DNA of 64,000 nucleotides from Proteromonas lacertae (Eukaryota), in NCBI GenBank assembly GCA_002245135.1, contig NGBS01000587.1, forward strand, positions 186,001 through 250,000, in the 5' to 3' direction. The notes beneath the pieces are model-generated. The model ran no database searches, was not told the origin of the DNA, and saw only the letters and a list, made by a program, of their open reading frames with translations. Of this stretch, positions 54,501-64,000 are shown piece by piece. Each line of letters begins with the position of its first letter. The stretch's first letter is position 1. The translations under genes and the position numbers were made by a program.

Positions 54501-57218
54501 TCCAAATTTGACACTTCCACTAATAATTCATTATTTTCATTAATTGGTATTGATGTTGGATATAATGACATAATATTTGGTGTTTCTTCTAAACCTTCAG
54601 ATATATAGAAATCAAAAGTCCATTCTTCTGAAACAGATTCATCTTGAGAATCAATGAAACTAACAGTATATGAATTACCACCATAATATAAGTGTTTTTG
54701 TGTATAAAACATATTATTTAAAACATTTGTTACATCTGAAGCTATTCCATCAATATAGTAGTAACTTTCTTCTTCATTGTATTTAATACTCTTTATAGAT
54801 GAATCTTCTTCAATATTTATATAACTGTTGTTTCTATCAGGTTGTATTCTAACATGAATAATATCATCAGAATTAATATTATATAATGAGAATATTCCAA
54901 TCTTAATCTTTCTTTCTTCTGGTAATTTAAGGCTTGGTGAATCATCAGATGGTAAAATAGTTATATTAAACTCAACGTAATCATAAGTAGATTCCCAATC
55001 ATCTATTTCTGAGTCAAATCCAGTGTCATTCACTGTGATAATTAACACATCATTACCATTCCAATTCTCTTTAGTTACATAGGTGATATTTGATATTAAT
55101 TCATTGATTACACTTGTTTTACCTTTTACTGTAACTGTTTTAGTATTTGAATAATCACCATCCAATAATATTACATTACTATAATCATCAATTTCAGCCA
55201 ATGAAAATGAATTATTCAAATTGTGTAATTCCATAGTCATAATAATTACATTATCATATTCAACTGGTACTTCATTATCAACATCAACTATTTCAAATCC
55301 TAATATATAATTAGGAGTGTCTTCTAAACCAACATATGGTGTTGGATATATAACAGTTATTTTATCATTCACTTTAGATATATTTATAGTAATATTACCT
55401 CTTGCTGTCATTGGACCTCCTTTGCCATAATTACCTAAATCAGAAACAAATATATCAATAACATCAACTCCATTGTAATTAGGATTTGGTATATACAATA
55501 CTTTCAGATAAAGCATTCTCTATATCAATCTGTTTACCTATAATTCTAACTTTATTACTATTATCATTATTGCCTTCAATAAATCTCAAATTATTATTTG
55601 ATGATAATATTATTCTACCATTATTAATAGTTAATGTAACATCAAGATCTCCATTCACTATATCAGCTTCATCATCTCTTATTAATATTCTTTCTAAATA
55701 TAATAATTCATCTTCTTTAATATCATAAGATGCTCTTGTTGTAATACGAGGTGGTTGATTATCAATAACAAATGGAGCCACTACTAATGAACCACCAGTA
55801 AATCCATCTAATTGATTCTTAAACTCATGCCATTCAGTGTTGATATTATCACCTACATATCTCCATTGTAAAACAGCATGATGATTTCCTCGTCTTAATG
55901 ATAGAATCATCTTACCTTTTATTACTTCTCTTATTCTTGTTAAATCCATTGAATATGTTGATGATTCTCTGTATGGTAAATTATCAATAACCACTCTAAA
56001 TATTATTGTATCCCATCTTTCATAATCCCAAAAATCAAACGTGGTTTGATCAATTCTACCAAGTGTTACGAAATATTCAAATATTAATGTAGTATGATCT
56101 CCAGCTTTAAAGTTCAATTCTGCACCATTAACATTCAACCAATCATCATCTTTATTATTATTATTATTATTGATACTTTCTACTTTGAAATTACCATCAA
56201 ATGGTTTTGTAGCAATGAAATTAGATTCAACTGACAATATTGTACCAGATGAAAAACCATCTAAAAATGAATGTAAAGTGCTCCAACCATACACAGAATC
56301 ACCATCCATCTTCCACTGAACAGATATATTATGATTTCCACCAGTTAAATATATATGAAACTTCTTAGACATATAAGCTGATTTATATGTCTTTGTATTA
56401 GAATTGAAAATGCTAGATGATTCTCTGTAAGGTATATTATCTATCACAAGTCTGGTTTGAAGAATATCATGCCCTTTTAACAGATCATTACCAGGTGCTT
56501 CAAATGGTCTAGCGAAGAATGAATAAAAACAGGTAATTTTACTATCTTCAAGTATATAAAAATCGAAATTAAAACCTTCTATATTGATCCATTTATTCTG
56601 TTCTTTTATGGTTGATTTTAAGGTTGGTTGAATAGCTTTGTAGAAGTTAGAATGAGCTTGTACTGATAACCATCTGGTTCCACCATATCCATTGTTTATA
56701 GAAGGATCACTTCTCCAACTAATAACAAATTCACCAAATGCTTTCCATTGTATTTTTACTGTATGATTACCAGCTTTTAGTATCTTTGATACGTGTCCTT
56801 CTACATTAGTTCCTGCATTCTCAAATGAACTGTAAGCACTAGCATGACTTCCTGAAGATCTAACTGGTGTAGAATCAAATACTATTCTACATTCTACATA
56901 ATCTCCTATTCCACTTTCTTTTTGTCGTTCATTGAGAAAATCACCTCCAGGATGGTAGGGTTTATCAGCAAATACATTAACTAAATAACTAGCGGTAACA
57001 GGAGTTTCTTCATCAAGTTCAAAATCTACTAGTGAGTCTGGAATATCTTCCCATATTCCTTTTGATGACAAAATTGCACTTGACAAAGGATGAGTACTCC
57101 AAATAGATTCTATTTCGATAAAATAATATATTATACCTGTAACATTACTACAAGAACTTAATATTAATATGTATAGTAAAAGCAATAAATTGAAAGAATG
57201 AAGTGTCATTATACACAT
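30537..57218 (-). CDS. Giant multipass membrane receptor/adhesin, ~8,880 aa: signal peptide, 3 N-terminal repeats, cadherin-like repeats, ~60 IPT/TIG domains, GCC2/GCC3 Cys repeats, multi-TM region, cytosolic tail
   Basis: ORFs 55479-57218, 52346-55516, 50443-52305, 47289-50207, 46997-47242, 40726-47049, 36383-40654, 36244-36492 and 30537-36251 join after removing nine single extra bases and one probable in-frame 27-nt intron (57110-57136), giving 26,646 nt = 8,881 aa + stop. IPT pattern P..G...GGT.I.I.G.NF....C.F; CPxGxYC repeats. Confidence 0.85.
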
Positions 57219-57695
57219 TTCTCTTCAAGTTCGTATCCTCCTATGAGAGATAGAATTATAAAAATATTTTATATATATAAATAAGCATACAATGACTTTA
57301 AATATAGATAAAAAGAAAAGCACGTTCAGACACTTTCTTGGTTTGATTAGTAAGGAAATGACTGAACACCAGTTACGTTAGACAAACCTTTTATCAAACA
57401 TTAATTTTTCATTTTTATTTTTCTCTTCATTTAAAATACAAAATAACTTAAAGTATCACTAAAATGCTTTAAATATATACGCAATGTAAATACAAATGTC
57501 AATTATTCATTTTACAACACTTGTACATTCTATAATCTATTATAAAGAAGAGTTTCTACTTTCTTCTGCTTAATTAGCATTGAGGATTATTCGTTGTACA
57601 TTTATTGATTAATAAAAACACTCACATAATTAGTTAATACCAAATCAGTATTCAAGCTTACATTAAATAATATCTTCTTCTATTTCATTTCAGCG

Positions 57696-58242
57696 ATGGT
57701 TAAGCCAGTTGTTTTTATGATTGTTAAAGATAGTAGACCAATATATACATATCAGTTCCAAAATCAAACAGCTGAAGTATTGTATTTGACATGATTAGTC
57801 TATAGTCCCAAGATAAACCTTATTTAAATCAATTTATACTACATTCATCGTTGGATAATATTGAACAGATGCAGTTAACATCCACTCAACCGTATCAACA
57901 AATCTATATATTCTCTGCAGATATCTTAAAGTAGTGGATTCTTTCAATAATCTACATGTATCTGCGTATGTTACAGCAGGAAATATCCTTTTTTGTGATA
58001 TGTAGTTAAAATTTCTTAATCCTATTTATCTGCCATTTTGTTATTATTGCATGGTGATAATGATGAAGATAATATATATGATTTCTTTAAAAGAGTTCAT
58101 GAGAGATATGTGAAAGTATAAAAGATTTATGTAATATTTCTATAGATGATTATGAATCCATTTTATGAATTAGATCCAGTCATTCGTTCTGATAATTTCA
58201 ATACCAAAAGTGCAAGATCTAGCAAAGAAGTATTTTAGTTAA
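57696..58242 (+). CDS. TRAPPC2: TRAPP complex subunit 2 (sedlin/Trs20), 5 exons, absent from the ORF track
   Basis: Spliced product MVKPVVFMIVKDSRPIY...YLNQFILHSSLD...YLKVVDSFNNLHVSAYVTAGTAILLLLH...YVKMIMNPFY...FNTKVQDLAKKYFS. Introns 57777-57805, 57892-57920, 57983-58029 (U12-type) and 58116-58145; one +1 insertion at 58205-58206. Confidence 0.92.
57983..58029 (+). other. U12-type (minor spliceosome) intron, AT...AT termini, 47 nt
   Basis: 5' site ATATCCTTTT and branch-site-like TTTCTTAAT about 10 nt upstream of the 3' end; the reading frame requires the 3' end at 58029. Confidence 0.8.
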
Positions 58243-58341
58243 ATTATTATATATAAACTGTTATTCTTAATACATTGTATTAATATTTAAAAACATAAAC
58301 TGAATTTACATACGAATAAATAATTATATTCCCTATTTAAT

Positions 58342-58591
58342 TTATTCTGCCTCATTTTCTGTATTCTTGATATTATTTGCTTTATTTTGTTGTAATTGTG
58401 CTAATCTTCTTTGTCTTCCCATTCTTGCTACTTCTTCTTGGTGTAATTCATATTCTAAACGTTTTTCAGGATCAGTATATCTTGGTATTAAAATAACTCC
58501 TACAATATATCAATATATGCATACCTGATATAATAGCTGCTGGAACAGCTACAAACAGCATTCTTAGCCAGAGTTTTTTATTCAAAATCAT
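58342..58591 (-). CDS. Small (~74 aa) single-TM protein with C-terminal coiled segment, 2 exons, absent from the ORF track
   Basis: MILNKKLWLRMLFVAVPAAIISG|VILIPRYTDPEKRLEYELHQEEVARMGRQRRLAQ...EAE*, using a 25-nt GT-AG intron at 58500-58524. Confidence 0.65.
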
Positions 58592-58613
58592 CCAAGCTTT
58601 CTTCAAACCTAAG

Positions 58614-59903
58614 ATGTTATTTTATTTAATATTGCTGTTATTCTTTGTCTGTGAAGCTTTTGCACAGGGTGCTAAAGAATATGAGAAAATGATAAATTGG
58701 TTGAACCAGAATGGCGGTAAAGTAAACTCATTAGCACTAATGCCCAGTGGTGGAAGATACTTTTTATCTTCAACAGTTAATAGAGATTATGGATCAACAG
58801 TTTGTGAAATTCCTATTGATTTAGTTATATGTAGAGAGACAATTCTAAAATACCCATTATTTAAGGAATATAAAGATTTAAACGACAAAGCATTGATTAT
58901 GGCTTTTATACACTATGCTTATTATTACAACAAAAATACATCCTTTGCACCAATTATGAATACATTAAATCCAAACATTAGAAGTCCATTTATTTATTCT
59001 CAAGAGAATAAAGATAAAATAAAATCTGTTTTACCAATGTTCGACCAAAAATTTAATGAATTAAACAAAAATCTAAATACTGTATATGGAACAATAATTT
59101 TGAAACATCCAGAAGTTTATGGCAATCTATCAGATACAGCAAGAATAACTAGCGAATTAACCTTCGTAGCAACGGTTACAGAAGTTCAAACATTCTCAGA
59201 TATACAAGGATATGAAGGGATAGTATTTATTCCAATATTAGCAGATTCAAGAGAAGTTTACAGTTCATTTACTCCTTTCTATAACAAAGAAACAAAGACC
59301 TTTTCATCTAAAATAAGGTTTACCCCTCAAAATGGTATGATTGGTGTTACTCATTTTAATGATCCTATGGAATGTGATATTGAATCGTTTATTTATTTCA
59401 ACCAAATTCCTGATGTTAGTATTGCGTGTGCTGATATTGTTATTTTACCTGAATATAGAGAAGGTGAAAGAATAGTAGAATCTAAAAGAAGAAGAGCGTA
59501 TGTGAGATTAGGTATATCAGATTCAGTAGAGAATGTTTTATATAAGTTTAGATTATCAATTCATAATCCTTTACCTAACAAACTATTAATGTATGCTAGA
59601 TTATATTCTGCTAATGAATTTAATATTGATACAATTGTAAATGAACCATATCAACCAGTGTCAATAGAAAATGAATATAGAGCTTTGAAATTCTTAAGAA
59701 GAGAATTAATGAAGATTGAAGATGGTTTTCCAACTACTTTAGAGTATGATCAGAAGAAATTAAGTGAAGTGGAAGTAAAAACTGTTTATGATTTAGAAGA
59801 TAGAGAGACATTGAAGTTTGTAGTTGGTTTTAAAACTACAATTCGTCAAGGATTGAATGAGATTGAGAAGAGATGGGAAAGATTATTATATTCTGACCTT
59901 TAA
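58614..59903 (+). CDS. Degenerate SET-domain protein (SETD3 / Rubisco-LSMT-like) with N-terminal signal peptide
   Basis: WLNQNGG, CEIPIDLVI, FAPIMNTL, and the Rubisco-substrate-binding-like PVSIENEYRALKFL...FPTTLEYD. Hydrophobic N-terminus ending AFA. Confidence 0.75.
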   Translation: MLFYLILLLFFVCEAFAQGAKEYEKMINWLNQNGGKVNSLALMPSGGRYFLSSTVNRDYGSTVCEIPIDLVICRETILKYPLFKEYKDLNDKALIMAFIHYAYYYNKNTSFAPIMNTLNPNIRSPFIYSQENKDKIKSVLPMFDQKFNELNKNLNTVYGTIILKHPEVYGNLSDTARITSELTFVATVTEVQTFSDIQGYEGIVFIPILADSREVYSSFTPFYNKETKTFSSKIRFTPQNGMIGVTHFNDPMECDIESFIYFNQIPDVSIACADIVILPEYREGERIVESKRRRAYVRLGISDSVENVLYKFRLSIHNPLPNKLLMYARLYSANEFNIDTIVNEPYQPVSIENEYRALKFLRRELMKIEDGFPTTLEYDQKKLSEVEVKTVYDLEDRETLKFVVGFKTTIRQGLNEIEKRWERLLYSDL

Positions 59904-59986
59904 ATTTGAACACTTATACTTTAATAATAATAATGACTTTAATTTTTTATTTCTATTAGTTAAAAACACAATGTTAAATAATTAAT

Positions 59987-62233
59987 TTAAAACACATTTT
60001 TCTTTACTAAAGAATAGATTGAAATGAATGGATAGAAAGATATATCATAATTTGTGTCATTTGATTCAATTATCCTTCTAACTTGTTCTAAAAGAGAAAT
60101 ATTACATTGACTTTGTATTGGTTTAATATTTATTTTTTGTATGATTGAATGTAAATTTTGGTGAGATAAATTGTGATGAATACAAACTAAAATCCAGATT
60201 AATGATGTAACATAATCATTTACAATGTTGTTCTCACTGAAATAGTGGAATATCTCATTGGCTGGACCTACTGATTGATTTATATATGGTTGTAACAGGA
60301 CATTAACCATTCTTCTCCAATTAAGACATTGCTGATAATAGGGTAATTTCAAATATGTCAAAATTGCTTCTTTTATCATCATATTCTTCGAATAACAACT
60401 AATACAAGCATAGAATGTATTTATATCAATCTCATTATCCTTTTGTATTTTTCTTAATACTTCATCTATTTGCTTCTTTGGATTTTTCAAATATCTAATT
60501 ATTTCTATTCCCATGACATTTGTAAGTGTAATGTTATTTATATAATATAAATCATATAAATATGAAGAATAATTCTTGGCTGTAGCTTTTACAATCAAAG
60601 TATGTAATCTTTCAGAAATATATAATTGAGTGGATAGAAGGTTTGTATAAATAGATAACAAATCAGCATCATTTAATAAACGACTCAATCTATCATTATA
60701 ACATTAATATATTGATACAATAAAAAGTATTCTTCCAGAAAATTGGTAAGAAATCCATAGGGAGATCCTTCATTAGTAAATGTTTGTGTTAATTCATATA
60801 TAGCTTGATTTACATCAATATTCTGAGATATATTGTATAGATGAATTGCTTTTCTATTCTGAGTATGAATATCACCTACTGATATTTCTTTAATGTAATT
60901 CAAAAACTATATGTTTTTATTATTATATGAATAAAATACTTTTGAATTAATTTGTTTATTGTTTATAGTGTTGATTTGAACTAGCATTTCGTAGAAGTTG
61001 TTTATAAATGGATCAAATTCCATTGAGTAGAGTGTATTTAGATACTCTTCAGCTACAGCTGGTTGATTATTCTATTTATAATATATAAATCATAATAATT
61101 AATACTTCCAAAGCTAATGAGAATAAAGCACAAACTTTTCTTTGATCCTGAACTGGAGTTGTTCCTTTTATTTTTGATAGTAAAACTAAACCATATTCTG
61201 GATTTCTCGCTCTAACTGATCCTTCTAGGAAATAAGATAATAATGAATTTGGGTCAAAATATTTCCCGTATTTGATTATCTCAACTATTGAGTTGTGAAT
61301 CATTAGATTATCAAACTAAGAATAATAAACAAAATGAAATAAATATATCAATACAAACATCTTTGGAAAAACTGTAATAAATTTACTATTCTTAAAATGA
61401 AAAGATTTAAAATCACTCAGAAGCATATTAATATATTTATATAAAGGAGGAAAAGTAGATGTTGCTTTAAGCAAACTCATTATTAGTATTTTGGTTGGTT
61501 GATATCCAGCTTTTTCTATACAACTTATAAAGTTCAAGTGAATTATCTGTAGTTAATGGATCTGTCAAATATTCTAATATTAAATCTTCAATTTCTGTAA
61601 AAGATGCAATAGATCTAAGATTTTCTGGCTTGTAAAACGTTAATAACGAAAAATCATCTATATAATAAGAGTTTGATAAAATATACCATTTAAATTACAT
61701 TGCCTAATCATTTTATCCAACATTTTAAGAGTCACATGTACTTTAGGCAATAATAATTTTGATATTTCAAATTCAATAGCTTTTACTGATGCTATAAAAA
61801 TTGATTCAAGAATAATTGGCGGAATTTGAATGTTCTGAAGTATATTTTTGTATAAATAGCATGTACATTCTGGCTTATCATAATAAATAGCAGAATTAAT
61901 AAAATTAAACGTTCTATTAGCTATAATGACAAAAAACCTATACGATTCTGAATTCACTTCAATTTTTTGAGCTATCTTTTGTAATTGTGCATTAATTTCA
62001 TTCTGAGATAGGTTAGAAACATTCTTTGTGATAATACTACAGATTATAGATAAATAAATACTCTAATTCCAAAATTGGTTGTTCATTCCATTTATTCACT
62101 ATATAGTAATTGTACAATAATATAATACTTGATCTTTTCAATACTGATTTACAAATCTATGCATCCAAGTAATAAAAAATAAAGCAAATACATTTTTGGG
62201 AGAGAATAGAATGTATTTATTTATTCGAAACAT
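59987..62233 (-). CDS. Multi-exon helical-repeat (degenerate PPR-like) protein with mitochondrial-presequence-like N-terminus
   Basis: Exons joined by ~25-33-nt introns starting MFRINKYILFSPKNICKSVLKRS. PPR-like segment DINTFYACISCYSKNMMIKEAILTY; probable +1 insertion near 61550. Confidence 0.55.
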
Positions 62234-62452
62234 TTTAAAACTCAAATGCTCAGTATATATGAAAAAAATGTCGTTTGTTAGTGAAAGATGAATGTGTGAT
62301 AATATTCACGGTTTACACATTTTTACATTCTAGAGATGGATCTATATGCATTCAAATGTGTAATTCAATGAATATATGATGAAAAAAGAAATCAATCCTA
62401 TTTAAACAATGAAAAAACAGTATATAAATGTTAATAATTAATAATAGCTATT

Positions 62453-64000
62453 TTATTTCATAAATTCATCAAATAAAGTGCCATTGTTACTACTATTAGA
62501 AACATTACCCATATTTTGATAGGTGTTAGTAGTAACATTACTATTATCATCAGGAGGAGGTGATCCAGGTGGTGTTCTAGGTGGCGGTACAACTCTCGAT
62601 TTATTACTACTACTACTATGATGTTTAGAACGACGAGTAGAAGATGAACTTTCATTATTACCATTCCTACTATTAGAATGATGATGTCTATGATGAGATG
62701 AAGATCTCTCTGAATGATGATCAATCATTGGATGTTGTTGTTGTTGTTGTTGATTTTCATAAGACATATTTGGGTAATATGATGTAGAAGGTGGTGGTAT
62801 TGGTAATGGTTGTTGTTGTTGTTGTTGCTGTTGATTATATTGATCATAATAACCTCCTCCTCCTTGATATCCAGGTGGTGGTGGTGGTGGTGCTTGTTGC
62901 ATCATTGGAGGCATATTATAAACATCATACTGACCAGGTGGAGCAATGTTTGGATATGATGAATATGGATCATTATACATCATTGGTAGGTTGTTGCTGA
63001 GGTTGTTGTATATAAGGAGGTTGCTGTTGTTGCTGCATTATAAAAGGATCATTACTATAACCATATCCTTGCATTGGCGGTGGTGGTGGTAATTGCGGCT
63101 GCATTATTTGTTGCATCTGTTGTTGTGGTTGAATTAATTCTTCAGCTCCATGTGCATAATTACACATTTTACCTAATCTACAACGACCTTGTCTGTAATA
63201 AATACATAGTTCAGTTTTATAACCCATTGCTGGCATTTTATTGAATCTATCTCTTTGTCTATCATCTGGGATATATGGAAATCTGTTTTGAGTTTGTCTT
63301 GATGATTGATAATTGTTAGTATTGTTTCTATTATTATTATTATTATTTCTATTTCTTTCATTTGAATTATTATTATAAGAAGTTGATGATGATTTTGGTT
63401 TTGGTTTATTCTCAGATGAAGTTGATGATTTTACTAATTTTCTTTTCTTTTTCAATTGATTATCACTATCACTATCACTATTTCTCAATAGAGATTCATT
63501 ATTTAATTTACTCTTTTTTTGTGTGTCAGATAATTTCCTCAATTTTCTTTTTACTTTCTTTTCACTATTATTATTATCTTCTTTTTCTTTTGCATTTTGC
63601 TTATGTTTCTTCAATTTTGGCTGTTTATTCTGTATCTGTCTATTTATTCTAATTTCATCATCATCTCCACTTTCACCTTCTTCTTCTTCGATTGTACTTG
63701 AATCAGAAGCTTCTATAAACTCATCATCATATTTATTTGTTCTATTCTCCTTTCGTTTTTCTGCTTTTCTCCTCAAACCATCGAACTGTACAGAACATTC
63801 TGGACATGCCCAATGTCCTTCAGGTAAAAATGTCATTTTTGGAATAAAACAACTTCTATGAAATACTAAATTACAAAATTCACACATTAACACTTCACCA
63901 CCTTCATTACATAATTCACACACTTCATTATAACCTCCATCCCACAGTTCCATTAGCTTTAAATCATCATTAGATGCTTCACTTCCGTGTGGATATTTTA
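62453..64000 (-). CDS. PHD-finger + CCCH zinc-finger protein with Pro/Gln-rich tail (5'-partial)
   Basis: PHD finger CELCNEGGEVLMCEFCNLVFHRSC...WACPEC and CCCH finger YKTELCIYYRQGRCRLGKMCNYAHG. ORFs 62973-63953 and 62453-62983 join via one extra base at 62987-62988; frame is open to the window edge. Confidence 0.85.

Noticed and set aside
30537..57218. Programmed +1 ribosomal frameshifting (Euplotes-like) or pseudogenisation of the giant gene
   Set aside because: No shared slippery-site/stop motif at the breaks and no in-frame nonsense codons. The duplicate copy lacks the insertions at 36252 and 36410. The doubled-allele artefact explains the pattern better.
1..64000. Alternative genetic code (stop-codon reassignment)
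   Set aside because: Long ORFs translate cleanly with the standard code, and TAA, TAG and TGA all occur as genuine terminators. Breaks are frameshifts or introns, not in-frame stops.

Overview
AT-rich, gene-dense eukaryotic DNA with very short GT-AG introns (mostly 25-33 nt). Together with a U12-type intron and a mitoribosomal protein gene, this suggests a Blastocystis-like stramenopile (inference). About 19 protein genes, two gene fragments and tRNA-Ile(AAT) can be reconstructed. The window is dominated by one nearly intronless 26.7-kb gene (57218->30537, ~8,880 aa: signal peptide, three novel repeats, cadherin-like repeats, ~60 IPT/TIG domains, GCC2/GCC3 Cys repeats, multipass TM domain, cytosolic tail), which the ORF track splits into 9 pieces. 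All ~22 frameshifts found are single extra bases. Most read as two synonymous third-codon-position alleles written side by side, pointing to a consensus artefact from a heterozygous or mixed sample rather than pseudogenes or recoding. Other highlights: a 47-nt U12-type intron with AT-AT ends in the sedlin/TRAPPC2 gene, a phage/bacterial-like DUF5662-type gene between tandem MDP-1 paralogues, three kinase-LRR genes (two probable pseudokinases), a head-to-head paralogue pair sharing an unrecognised Cys-rich domain, a signal-peptide-bearing degenerate SET protein, and a recent ~0.94-kb duplication of part of the giant gene.
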